Assembly (NCBI GenBank): GCA_043806595.1
Contig: JAZDGU010000046.1
Location: 1-58,423, forward strand
Reading direction: 5' to 3'
Source: Candidatus Micrarchaeota archaeon
GTDB lineage: Archaea > Micrarchaeota > Micrarchaeia > Norongarragalinales > SBBD01
Length of the DNA stretch: 58,423 nucleotides
The position numbers were made by a program, and so were the translations under genes. Within the stretch, counting starts at the first letter, position 1; every line of letters starts with the position of its first letter. Below the pieces are notes generated by a model. That model searched no databases and was not told the DNA's origin. It saw nothing but the letters and a program-made list of their open reading frames with translations. Below are positions 30,277 through 39,454 of this stretch, in pieces.

Positions 30277-30809
30277 AGGAAGAAAGAAGCGAATTTATAT
30301 TGAGGAAATGCTTTGAGGGAAGCCCGGAATTCCCGGCCAGACTATTGAAAAGGGAACCAAGCATTGAGACCGCGCAGCAGCATCTGGAAAAGGCGCACAA
30401 AAACCTGGCCGCCATGAGTGATTTGAGGGAAAAAAAGCATTACGATTGGGTGGTAATAGCAGGCTATTACTCCATGTACCACTCGGTCATGGCCTCGCTT
30501 TACCTGATTGGCCTTGAAGCCCGGTCGCATGAGTGCGCCCTGCTTGCATTCGACTCGTTCTACATCAAGAAAGGCAGGGTTCCAAAGGAACACCTCAAAT
30601 TCGTCCAGAGAGCCAAGAAGCTTAACGACCAGTTATCCGAAACGCTAGAACAAGCTCGAACGACCAGGATTGCCGCCTCGTACTCCCTCTCCGAAATAAG
30701 GTCGCCGGAAGCGGAGAAGATAGCGACAAAATCCAAAGCGTTCTACGAAGAAATCCTAAGGCTCCTCTACGAGGCAAAGGGAACCGCCTACACGAACGTA
30801 AAACCATGA
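30273..30809 (+). CDS. HEPN domain protein
   Basis: AGYYSMYH, RSHEC, RIAASY; ATGA overlap with the MNT gene. Confidence 0.88.
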   Translation: MKEERSEFILRKCFEGSPEFPARLLKREPSIETAQQHLEKAHKNLAAMSDLREKKHYDWVVIAGYYSMYHSVMASLYLIGLEARSHECALLAFDSFYIKKGRVPKEHLKFVQRAKKLNDQLSETLEQARTTRIAASYSLSEIRSPEAEKIATKSKAFYEEILRLLYEAKGTAYTNVKP

Positions 30810-30884
30810 TTCAAACCCCAAAAAAAACCAAATAACAAGGAGGGAAAACGCCCGCCGCGGCGGACTTCGCATTCGTGCGTGGAT

Positions 30885-32000
30885 TCACCGCAGGCGGATG
30901 AGGCGCGTGCGGCCCTTGTCGCCGAAGTCGGCATCCCGCGTCACAACAAGCCGCGCGCGCTCGAAGGAGTCTAGGTAGTTGCGCAGCTGCCTCTCGGAGA
31001 GACCTTCCAGGCCCGATTCCTTCCTCGCCCCGTTGTAGCGCGAGTAGAGGTCGCCGGAGGACAGCTCGATGCCGGCTGCCTTCGCGCCGTCAAGAATCTT
31101 GAAGAGGAGGCGCTCGTTCTCGCTCATCAGGGAGAGGTTCTTCTTCAACGAAACGCCGGCGGCCTGGTCGACGGCCTTGCGGGCGTCTGCAAGCTCGATC
31201 GCGGCGCGCCCCGCGGCTTCCGCGTTCCTGGCGGCCTCGAGCAGGGCGGTTATGGCCACCCTTGCGTCGCCTCCACCCTTTGAGCCGTGCGCCGCGCAAA
31301 GCGCGACGACTTCCTCGGGGCACGAGCCCTGCTGGAACGCCGCGCGGGCGCGCTCCCGGACTATGTCCTTGAGCTGCTGCGGCGTATACCGGGGGAATTC
31401 GAGCGGCCGGAGCGAGAGGCTGCTCCGCGCGCGGTCGTCGAGCGAGGAAATGAGCTCGTAGTTGTTGGAGATGGCCACGACGGCGACGGGGACCTTGAAT
31501 AACTCGTGCGCTCGGGCCAACTCGTAAAGCAGGCTTTCGGCGTCGCGGCTGAAGAGCCGGTCGGCCTCGTCGAGAGCGATTACGAGGCCCTTGCCGTCGT
31601 ATTTCGCGCGCTGCATTACGCGCTGGAAGACCTCGTCGGTGGCAAGCCCGCGGCGGGGAAGGGGCTCCTGGAAGGCCTCGGCCATCTTCGACAGCACCGC
31701 CTGCTTGCTGGAATACTCCCAGCAGTTGACGTATATGCAAGCCACCTTGCCCGAATACTCGCCGAGCTGGCCAAAGACGTGCTTCACGGAAGAGGTCTTG
31801 CCGGTTCCCGTGGGGCCGTAGATGAACAGGTTGGCCGGCTTGGAGCCGGCGGCAAGCGGCTTGAGCGCCCTCGCCGCCTCCTGAAGCTGGGGCTCGCGGT
31901 GGAGCAGATCCGCGGGCGCGTAGTCCGGAAGCAGCGCGTTCTCGTTCCTGAAGATGCGGCCCCGGGATTCGGTTTCGGAGAAAAGGTTCTTCGTCGGCAT
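30885..32000 (-). CDS. cdc6: Orc1/Cdc6 replication initiator
   Basis: L.PDY.P..L.HRE, GPTGTGKT, LDEAD, GDARVAI, C-terminal wHTH. Confidence 0.96.
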   Translation of the reverse strand: MPTKNLFSETESRGRIFRNENALLPDYAPADLLHREPQLQEAARALKPLAAGSKPANLFIYGPTGTGKTSSVKHVFGQLGEYSGKVACIYVNCWEYSSKQAVLSKMAEAFQEPLPRRGLATDEVFQRVMQRAKYDGKGLVIALDEADRLFSRDAESLLYELARAHELFKVPVAVVAISNNYELISSLDDRARSSLSLRPLEFPRYTPQQLKDIVRERARAAFQQGSCPEEVVALCAAHGSKGGGDARVAITALLEAARNAEAAGRAAIELADARKAVDQAAGVSLKKNLSLMSENERLLFKILDGAKAAGIELSSGDLYSRYNGARKESGLEGLSERQLRNYLDSFERARLVVTRDADFGDKGRTRLIRLR

Positions 32001-32032
32001 GTCGGAAGAATCATGCAGGGGGCTCCTTTTAA

Positions 32033-33457
32033 TTACGTCGGCACAAGCGCCGCCTCGGCTAGGAAGGGCGCGCTGGAAAGCTTCAGACCGGAGGCCTTGG
32101 CTGCCGACGCGCGGCCCAAGTGGTCGGTGACAACAATATCCGAAGGGAGGTCTGCAGGCAGTGGGCCTTCGCCCCAGAGCACGAATATGGTGGCGTTGCC
32201 GACCGTGAAGCGGTACCGCCCCTCCGAGATGCGGTTGACGCGCGTGAAGTAATCGAGTTTGCCTGCCAGGGCCCTGAACGCCGAAAAGGCCGGCCTTCTT
32301 GCGCCGTCCGACTTCGCCAGCGCCTCGGACTGCAGCGGCGCGCTGGCGTCAGCCGCGGCTGAAGGCACTGAATAGAACACCTTCTGCGCGCCTGCCGCGA
32401 ACGCCCTCACGACACCCTTGAAGACCATCTGCGCATGCTCGTCATCGGAGATGAAATAATTCTGGTATTCCTTGATGTTGCTCGGGGGGTTGTCGCCGCT
32501 CCCGTAGGAGAGCTCGGTGGCCCAAACCGGCCTGGAGACGTTCTCGCGGTAGAGGAACGAGCGGAATGCTGCGACGTTTCCGTCGGCGGCGTCATTGACT
32601 GAATGCACGCTGCCGATGTCGAAAGCCGGGGCGCCACCCGCGGCGAAAACCTTGGAATGGAAGGCGAAGCCCGCGTCGGACGAGCCCGCAAGCCCGCCGT
32701 TGAGCACCTTGCAGTCCGGGCAGGCGCCCTTTATGACGGCGTAGCTTTCCTTGAGGAGTTCAGCGTATTCCTCCGGCGTCCCCCGGAACGATTCCAGCCT
32801 CCCCCGCGCCGAGGGTTCGTTCAGTATCTCCCAGTATCGTATCGGGTACGGGCCCGAGCTGTAGCGCTCGACCATTGCCTTGAGGAAGTCACGGTAGGCC
32901 TGCATGTCGCAAGGCCTGCACCGCATCGTGGCAAGCCCGGGAAAGCCCGAGGCCATGCAGCTGAGCGGCTGACAGGATTTCTGGTCCCAGTCCGCGAACG
33001 GCCATATCGTAGCAAGGATGGTGAAGCCGCTCTCGCCGGCCTTCCTGACGTACGCGTCGGCAGACGAGAAATCGTATCTCCCCTTCACTGGCTCGATCTT
33101 TTGCCAGCTGAAGGGCCCGGGGCTGGGACGGTCCCAGTGGCCGCCGGCGTCCATCGCGAGCGAGAAGGTCAGCCCCCCTGCTGTATAGCCGCCCGCATTG
33201 TTGAAGCCGAAGCGTGAGTCCACGAGCCTTTGGATGTTCGCAGGCAGCGGCGCCATGGTCGGCGCGGGAGTCGTGGTGACAAGCGGAATATCCATCGTCG
33301 GTTCGGCGGAAATAGTCGGGGAAACGGAAGGAGTGGAAGTCGCAGCCTTCGGCTTTGCCGTGGACTTGGGCGTCGCGGAGGACTGGCCCGAATCAAGGCA
33401 TCCTGTCGCGATCAAAGCAACTGCGCCCAGCAGGAGAAGCATATGACCGAATCGCAT
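32033..33457 (-). CDS. Lipoprotein glycoside hydrolase, clan GH-A (GH5/GH39-like)
   Basis: Lipobox IATGC, Ser/Thr/Pro linker, WEILNEP acid/base, VWATE nucleophile. Confidence 0.85.
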   Translation of the reverse strand: MRFGHMLLLLGAVALIATGCLDSGQSSATPKSTAKPKAATSTPSVSPTISAEPTMDIPLVTTTPAPTMAPLPANIQRLVDSRFGFNNAGGYTAGGLTFSLAMDAGGHWDRPSPGPFSWQKIEPVKGRYDFSSADAYVRKAGESGFTILATIWPFADWDQKSCQPLSCMASGFPGLATMRCRPCDMQAYRDFLKAMVERYSSGPYPIRYWEILNEPSARGRLESFRGTPEEYAELLKESYAVIKGACPDCKVLNGGLAGSSDAGFAFHSKVFAAGGAPAFDIGSVHSVNDAADGNVAAFRSFLYRENVSRPVWATELSYGSGDNPPSNIKEYQNYFISDDEHAQMVFKGVVRAFAAGAQKVFYSVPSAAADASAPLQSEALAKSDGARRPAFSAFRALAGKLDYFTRVNRISEGRYRFTVGNATIFVLWGEGPLPADLPSDIVVTDHLGRASAAKASGLKLSSAPFLAEAALVPT

Positions 33458-33518
33458 GCCTTGCATTATCCCGCATACGAATAAAAACCCGCCTGGGGAA
33501 TAACCCGTGCGAGAACCT

Positions 33519-33734
33519 ATGTGCCTTGCAATACCCGGGAAAATCGTCTCGCTGAAGGACGGCGGCCTCACCGCGGTCGTCGACTACGGCGCGGAGACGC
33601 GCGAGGCGAACAACGCCCTGCAGAACGCCAAGCCCGGCGAGTGGGTGCTCGTGCAGTTCAAGGCCGTGGTGGACGTGCTCTCGGAAGACGAGGCCCGGGA
33701 AATGCTCAAGGCCTGGGAGGAAATCCGGACCTGA
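33519..33734 (+). CDS. hypC: HypC/HybG hydrogenase maturation chaperone (His-less variant)
   Basis: MCLAIPGKI..VDYG..KPGEWVLVQ..LSEDEA. Confidence 0.92.
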   Translation: MCLAIPGKIVSLKDGGLTAVVDYGAETREANNALQNAKPGEWVLVQFKAVVDVLSEDEAREMLKAWEEIRT

Positions 33735-34467
33735 CGGAATTCGCCAACGCCAGGTTTTCTTCGGTGTAGCGCCTGAGCATCCCTTCCTGCTTTGGGGAAA
33801 TCCGCTCAACCGCGGAATTCCAGTGTATTGAAACCGCATCCCCCGGAAGGGCATCCTTCGCCAGACCGCGGTCGATGCGCTTTTCCGCTGGCCGCAGCGC
33901 CAGAACGCGTTCGCCCTCAAAAAGTTCGACGCCTTCCACCAGCAGGCAATTTTCTTCCGCCTCCTTCACGCGGCCCCAGTGGATGATGCAATTGTCAAGG
34001 TTGCCCAGCAGGGGGGCGACCTTTTCCGTCACGAAATTCACGTGCAGCACGTGGAAGGAATGATGGGGGAAGACTTTTCCGGACAGCACCGACGCCTTCT
34101 CCTCCGCGATCCTCCTCGGAAGCAGGCCCGGGCCGGAAAGCCGTTGTAACAGCATTTCCCGCACGTTCTCGGCCGGGACATTATCCAGCAGGTTATTGCC
34201 CAGCCAGTATGCCTCAACAACGTCCGCATCCAGCGGATCCCTTGCATTGCAGGAGGCAATCAGCTCGAGGTAGGCGTAAAGGCCCGTGAAGGAATGGAAC
34301 AACGCCCGGATTTTCACGGCCTTCCCCTCGTCGGGCCCGTCAAGAAACGATTGAAACTCGGTGAAGGCGCCGTGCTCGCCGCAGTAATCCAGCCTGTTGG
34401 TGGAGAACGAGTATTTGCAGGCGCGGACCAGCCCGTCAAACCCGCCGCCTGAAGGCACCGGCGCCAC
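33706..34467 (-). CDS. DUF6390-like protein with an apparent C-terminal HypC-like domain
   Basis: Y.F..N.L.YCG, VVEAYWLGN, PHHSFHV, DNCIIHWG, GD.VSIHW. Confidence 0.8.
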   Translation of the reverse strand: MAPVPSGGGFDGLVRACKYSFSTNRLDYCGEHGAFTEFQSFLDGPDEGKAVKIRALFHSFTGLYAYLELIASCNARDPLDADVVEAYWLGNNLLDNVPAENVREMLLQRLSGPGLLPRRIAEEKASVLSGKVFPHHSFHVLHVNFVTEKVAPLLGNLDNCIIHWGRVKEAEENCLLVEGVELFEGERVLALRPAEKRIDRGLAKDALPGDAVSIHWNSAVERISPKQEGMLRRYTEENLALANSVRSGFPPRP

Positions 34468-35359
34468 CCGCGAAAAGCGAAATCACGGAAGAAAACCCCA
34501 CGACTGCGGCAACCCCTGCGGCGACGAGCACGAATCCGGCGGCCTGCGCCGTTGAAAGCCCCTGGCCCGCGAACGCGACGGAAAGCAGCGCGGTCACAGG
34601 CTGGCCCAGAAGGAGGATCGCGGACGCCTTCGCGACGGAAAGACGCTTGAGGCCGTTGTAGAACGTCAGTACGTAGCCCAGGAGGAAGACTGAAGACAAC
34701 GCAACCCACTCCCATTGCGCCGGGGAAACCGAGGTAACGGATGCGAGCTGGCCCGTTGCGGCAAGGAACGCTAGGATGAACGCCGAGCCGAAGAACATCC
34801 TGCCGAACGCGACGACCGTGCCGTCCAAATCGGCCAGCGCCTTGCGGGATATTACCAGCTCGGCGGACCAGAGCAGCACGGCCGCGAGTATCAGGAGGTC
34901 CGCCGCGGAAAACGCGGAAACCGAGCTGAACAAGAGGAAATTGCCCGCAAGCAGGAGCAGCGCGCCAAGAACATACTTGCGTTCAAGGCGCTCTCCGAGG
35001 ACCACGAACGCCAGCGCGCCCGCCCAAAGGAACATCGTCTTATGGATGAAGCCGGCGTTGACCGCGGAAGTCAGCTTGAGGGCGTAGAAATAGAGGAGGA
35101 ACGGCGCGCTTCCGCCGACCAAGCCGATAACCGCCAATTGTGCCCATTGCCTGCGTGAGAGCGACTTTAGGGACTCAAGCCGCGTCAGAAGGAAAATTAG
35201 GGAGAACAGGAAAACGGCGACGGCGAGGTTCTTCAAGAACACGAAGAGGAAGGGGTTTCCCTCGGCGACTGCGAACTTGTTGACGAAAATCGAGGCGCCG
35301 CTGATCACCGCCGTAGCAAGAACCAGCATGACGCCCTTCGAATCGCTTGAATCCCTCAC
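34436..35359 (-). CDS. EamA/DMT family transporter
   Basis: 10 TM helices, two EamA repeats, LGER motif. Confidence 0.92.
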   Translation of the reverse strand: MRDSSDSKGVMLVLATAVISGASIFVNKFAVAEGNPFLFVFLKNLAVAVFLFSLIFLLTRLESLKSLSRRQWAQLAVIGLVGGSAPFLLYFYALKLTSAVNAGFIHKTMFLWAGALAFVVLGERLERKYVLGALLLLAGNFLLFSSVSAFSAADLLILAAVLLWSAELVISRKALADLDGTVVAFGRMFFGSAFILAFLAATGQLASVTSVSPAQWEWVALSSVFLLGYVLTFYNGLKRLSVAKASAILLLGQPVTALLSVAFAGQGLSTAQAAGFVLVAAGVAAVVGFSSVISLFAGGAGAFRRRV

Positions 35360-35407
35360 GCAAACACCCCCGGTTTAAAAAAGTGCGCCGGCATTAAAAA
35401 TCTTGCC

Positions 35408-35821
35408 ATGAAACCGAGGGTTTTGGTGTTCGGGAACCCGCTCGTCGAGAAGGACAGCGTGCCGTTGGAAATCCTGCCCGAACTCCGACTCGCGTTTCCC
35501 GGTTGCGAGTTCGTCGAATTCGACGCCGCCGAAGGCCTGGAACGGGAGGGCCGGCGGCTGCTGATAATCGACGCCGTCGACGGGATTCCCGACGTCGTCG
35601 TGCTGGGCTACGGGGACATCGAAAAAATCATTGCGCCCAAGGCGTTCACCATGCACGACTTCGACCTCGGCGTGACGCTCAAGCTGCTCAAGAAGATGGG
35701 GATGCTGGACTCGGTGGAGATTGTCGGCGTCCCTACCGGAATGGGTGCGGAGGAGGCCCTGCCGAAGGTCGTGCAGGCGCTCAAAGCCATTTTACCTTCA
35801 GGAAGTGCGAGGCGCAGCTGA
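35408..35821 (+). CDS. Hydrogenase maturation protease-like protein
   Basis: FGNPLVEKDS, LIIDAV, TMHDFDL; next to the large subunit. Confidence 0.8.
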   Translation: MKPRVLVFGNPLVEKDSVPLEILPELRLAFPGCEFVEFDAAEGLEREGRRLLIIDAVDGIPDVVVLGYGDIEKIIAPKAFTMHDFDLGVTLKLLKKMGMLDSVEIVGVPTGMGAEEALPKVVQALKAILPSGSARRS

Positions 35822-37067
35822 AGCACGGGTCGTAGGCGCGGATCAGCTTCTCCATCTCGAAGGCGATCTCCTCCTTGCTCCGGTCGAGGTGCTGCGGAAT
35901 CAGGGCCTTGAGGTCCTCGGCCATGTTCACCTGGTTCTGGGAAGAGGGCGTGATGATGTCGGCGCGCGATATCTTCCCGTCGGGCTGTATCGCCACCCTA
36001 TAATAGAGGGTCCCGCGGGGCGCCTCGAGGCAGTCCACCCCGACTGCCTCCTGCTTGGGCGGCTGGATTTCGGGAACGGGCTCGGGCTTGAAGTCAGCGC
36101 CCTCGAGGATGCCGACAGCGGTGTCGATGGAGTGGATGATTTCCAGCGCCTGGGCGAGGTTGTTGTCGTAGATGTTCGTCGACGGGAATCTCGAGAGGAA
36201 CTGGGGGCAGTCCGCGCGCGTCTGCGCGTGCAGCGCGGCGCGGTTGACGTTCATGCGCGCGAGCGAGCCTACCATGTAGTCGCCTCCGCGGAAGGTGTAG
36301 CCCAAGGCCTGCGAATACGGCAGGATGACGCGTTCGAGGTAGTTGCGGAAGTGCTCTTCGGGTATGCAGTGGCCTTCGCTGGAGCAGACCGGGCCGTGCA
36401 GGTAGTTCATGTTTTCCCCGGAAAGCGCTACGTAGTTCGTCTTGCGCTCGAATTTGAAGTGCGAGTCGAAGAAAACCTGCGCAAGTTCCATGACATGCGG
36501 ACGCACGGACTTCAGCTGCGCGGCGACCTGCCTGCATTCGGCGGCCGATGGTGCCTTGGTGTAGCCTCCCACCTGGCCGAACACGCCGTGAACCGCCCTG
36601 CCGAGGACGAGCGTGGAGAGGGCGTTGCCCGCGGCCTTCACGTCGAACGCCTGGTGCACGAGCTCGTGCTGCTTCTCGTCGAAGTCGAGGACGGAGTCCT
36701 TGCCGAGGACGTCCGGCAGGCAGAACAGGTAGAGGTGCATGGCGTGGTCCCTTACCATCAGCGCGTGCATGGTGAGCTCGCGCAGGGCGTCCGTCTGCGC
36801 GCTGACCTCGAAGCCAAGCGCCTTCTCGATGGCCATGGTGCTGCAGTTGAGGTGCGCGACGCTGCAGGTGCCGCATATGCGGGACACTATCTGGGGCGTC
36901 TCCTTGAACGTCTTGCCCCGTACGGCCTGCGTGTAGAAGCGCTTGTTCTCGCTTATCTTCAGCTTGAGGTCCTCGACGGTGCCGTTCCTGACCCTGACCT
37001 CGAGATCGGCGTGGCCCTCTATCTTCGAAATGCCGTCGATCGTTATGTCAAGCTCGGTATGGGACAA
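35781..37067 (-). CDS. [NiFe]-hydrogenase large subunit, group 3 (3b-related)
   Basis: KIEGH, RICGTCSVAH (L1), EAPRGTLY, RAYDPCFSCASH (L2) plus cleavable tail FLKVKWL. Confidence 0.95.
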   Translation of the reverse strand: MSHTELDITIDGISKIEGHADLEVRVRNGTVEDLKLKISENKRFYTQAVRGKTFKETPQIVSRICGTCSVAHLNCSTMAIEKALGFEVSAQTDALRELTMHALMVRDHAMHLYLFCLPDVLGKDSVLDFDEKQHELVHQAFDVKAAGNALSTLVLGRAVHGVFGQVGGYTKAPSAAECRQVAAQLKSVRPHVMELAQVFFDSHFKFERKTNYVALSGENMNYLHGPVCSSEGHCIPEEHFRNYLERVILPYSQALGYTFRGGDYMVGSLARMNVNRAALHAQTRADCPQFLSRFPSTNIYDNNLAQALEIIHSIDTAVGILEGADFKPEPVPEIQPPKQEAVGVDCLEAPRGTLYYRVAIQPDGKISRADIITPSSQNQVNMAEDLKALIPQHLDRSKEEIAFEMEKLIRAYDPCFSCASHFLKVKWL

Positions 37068-37068
37068 A

Positions 37069-37548
37069 TCACTCGACCCCGAATTCCTTGATGTATTTCT
37101 CCATGACCTGCACGAACGCGCTCTCGACGATGGGGCATCCGGGCACCACGGCGTCGACCTTTATGTACTCGCCTATGCCCGTTACCTTCGGCAGGTGGCC
37201 GAACCGCTCCATCAGCGGCCTGATCTCCTCCAGCCGAGCCTCGTCAAAGAAGTTCCTGTGGTTCGAGGGGTACCCGTTTATCGCGCAAGTGCCGATAGCG
37301 ACGACGCGCTTGGCCTTCTCGCGGATCTCCTTCAGCTTGGGGACCTCCTTCTCGTTCGAGATCGCGCCTTCGACGAAGGCGACGTCGAGGCCCTCGAGGC
37401 TGTTGATTTTCCTCATCACGCGCGCGTGCCGGAACTCTACCTTGTCCGCCCAGTCCTTGAGCTTGTAGTTCAGTATCTCGAGGAAGGTGATGACGCAGCC
37501 CTCGTCCCCCGTGAAGGAGAAAATGCCGACGGCAAGCTTTTTGCCCAT
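37069..37548 (-). CDS. [NiFe]-hydrogenase small subunit, proximal-cluster domain only
   Basis: FTGDEGC, VEGAI, IGTCA..G, VPGCP; 159 aa. Confidence 0.88.
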   Translation of the reverse strand: MGKKLAVGIFSFTGDEGCVITFLEILNYKLKDWADKVEFRHARVMRKINSLEGLDVAFVEGAISNEKEVPKLKEIREKAKRVVAIGTCAINGYPSNHRNFFDEARLEEIRPLMERFGHLPKVTGIGEYIKVDAVVPGCPIVESAFVQVMEKYIKEFGVE

Positions 37549-37606
37549 GCCCCTACAACGCCTGCGGGATAAAAAAGGCTTTGCCCAAAGAGGGGGCGGA
37601 GGGGCG

Positions 37607-38065
37607 TCAATGCCAGAAGAAGAACAGCGCTATGAGGGCCCAGTTGGCTGCAAGGAACACGGGGTGCCTCCACCAGATCCACCCGCGCACCGAAGGCCGG
37701 GCAAGGGGGTACAGCGGCATCTGGGGCTCCACGGGAGAGCCGCGGTGGGTATAGAGGTCGAGCATGATGTGGAGAACCATCGCGAGGACGGGGTAGTAGA
37801 ATCCCCCGGTTACCAGCGACAATATCACGAACAGCGACGCGGCGGTAAACACGCTGTGCGCGACGCGGTACATCGTGCGGACGAAGGGGAACGCCTTCTC
37901 GCGCTCGATCCTGCGCGTCCGCGCGAAAAGGTTGACGGAATACAGCAACGCCGCGCCGACGAACAAGATGTCCGGCAGGACGGAAAAGAGGAGGACCTCG
38001 AAGAGATGCGGGTCGTGGTGCGGGAATAGGATATACGCCCATGCGACGTGCGAGAAGAAGTCCAT
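37607..38065 (-). CDS. Membrane protein, metal-dependent hydrolase (YdjM-like)
   Basis: SHVAW, LPD, AHS, LHIMLDLYTH. Confidence 0.75.
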   Translation of the reverse strand: MDFFSHVAWAYILFPHHDPHLFEVLLFSVLPDILFVGAALLYSVNLFARTRRIEREKAFPFVRTMYRVAHSVFTAASLFVILSLVTGGFYYPVLAMVLHIMLDLYTHRGSPVEPQMPLYPLARPSVRGWIWWRHPVFLAANWALIALFFFWH

Positions 38066-38075
38066 CGGAAACCGC

Positions 38076-38831
38076 TCAATACTCGTCAAGAATCTTCTGC
38101 TTCTTCCTGAGGCCCTTGATTTTCGCCGAAGGGTTGCCGATCTCGTAGTCCAGCCGGAAGTATTCCAGTCCTGCCCGCTCGAGCATGGTGTGCGCGTTCG
38201 GGGTTATCGCCGGGGCGCATAACACCCCGCGGACCCTCGCGCCCTTCCTCTTGGAGAGGTCGGACACGTACCGCTCCAGCTGGGACACGGCATCCAGGCC
38301 CGCCTGCCGCCTCTTGACCTCGATGACGACGAGGCTTCCCCCGGAATCGCGGGCGAGGATGTCGATGACGCCCTTGCGCACCCCGGACTCCTGCTGGAGG
38401 GGTACTAGGCCCTTCTCGATGACCGTCAAATCCTGCATTATGAGGTCGGAGAGCTGGCGTTCGGAGCCGAAAAGCGCGAGGCTCTTGTCGTCCTTGAGGG
38501 CGAACGACTCGGCGGAATATACGTCGAAAAACTTCACGTGGATGCGCTCCTTCACGTCCTTCCTGCTTCTCAGCGCGGAGACGGCAAACTCGCCGCCCTC
38601 AATGCTCGTCAGGATGGCTGCGCCGGGGCCCTGGTAGTTTATTGCGGCCATGCCCTTCGGCTGGTGGACGAGGAAGGTGCCGTCGTTCTTGATGATGAGC
38701 AGGCGGTCGCCCTCCGAGAGCTTGCTCGCCGCCCTGCCCTCGTACTGCACGCGGCACCTCCCGACGACTACGGCCAGGCGGCCCTCCTCCAGCGCCCGGT
38801 CGACGCACGCCTTTGCCTCCGACAACTGCAT
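38076..38831 (-). CDS. nucS: Endonuclease NucS/EndoMS
   Basis: V.YEGRA.S.L..GDRL, K.DGT.LVH, IDIL, IEVKR, AVSQLERY. Confidence 0.96.
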   Translation of the reverse strand: MQLSEAKACVDRALEEGRLAVVVGRCRVQYEGRAASKLSEGDRLLIIKNDGTFLVHQPKGMAAINYQGPGAAILTSIEGGEFAVSALRSRKDVKERIHVKFFDVYSAESFALKDDKSLALFGSERQLSDLIMQDLTVIEKGLVPLQQESGVRKGVIDILARDSGGSLVVIEVKRRQAGLDAVSQLERYVSDLSKRKGARVRGVLCAPAITPNAHTMLERAGLEYFRLDYEIGNPSAKIKGLRKKQKILDEY

Positions 38832-38840
38832 AAGAATAAA

Positions 38841-39359
38841 CTAGGACAACAACAGCTTGGCAACGGCCTCTCCGAAGTCCTTGGCAGCAGCCGGACCGTT
38901 GGCGGTGACGACTTTCCCGTCCACAGTGACCGGCTCGCCCGTATACTCCGCGCCGCGGGACTTGAGGTTCTCCGCCTCGCTCTCGAAGCACGTGGCCCTT
39001 TTTCCCTGCAGCACGCCCGCGTTCGCGAGGATTGAGGGGGCGATGCAGATCGCGGCCGTCACCTTGCCAGCATCGAAGAACGACTTGGCGAGGGCGTGGG
39101 CCGTCCTGTCGTTGAAGTAGACCGTCGCCCCCGAGCCGCCGACGAATACGACGGCGTCGTAGTCCTCCTGCCTGACCTCGTGCGTCTTCCAGTCCGTCTT
39201 CTGGCGCGCGCCGAACTTGCTGAGCGCCTCGCGTTCGGTCGAAACTGTGACGACCTTTATGCCGCTGTTCTCGAAAACCTGGCGAGGATGGTAGTATTCC
39301 TCGTCCCTGAAGTTCTTGGGCGCGACGACCATCAGAACCTTCCCCTGCACCAATGCCAT
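38841..39359 (-). CDS. DJ-1/PfpI family protein
   Basis: FRDEEY, VFVGGSG, AAICIAP, VTANGP. Confidence 0.95.
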   Translation of the reverse strand: MALVQGKVLMVVAPKNFRDEEYYHPRQVFENSGIKVVTVSTEREALSKFGARQKTDWKTHEVRQEDYDAVVFVGGSGATVYFNDRTAHALAKSFFDAGKVTAAICIAPSILANAGVLQGKRATCFESEAENLKSRGAEYTGEPVTVDGKVVTANGPAAAKDFGEAVAKLLLS

Positions 39360-39454
39360 TCGGCTTCCCCCCCCGTGGAAGGCTTTGGCGGAGGCGGTTT
39401 AAAACCAGTGGGTTGAACGCCTCGGATAAAAAACCTTTTTCCCGTAATCTTCGC

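Noticed and set aside
30810-32032. Replication origin beside cdc6
   Set aside because: Flanks are short and contain no repeated ORB-like TCCA-N3-GAAAC-GGGG elements
35781-35840. Selenocysteine ([NiFeSe]) hydrogenase
   Set aside because: The L2 motif is DPCFSC with Cys codons and no in-frame TGA
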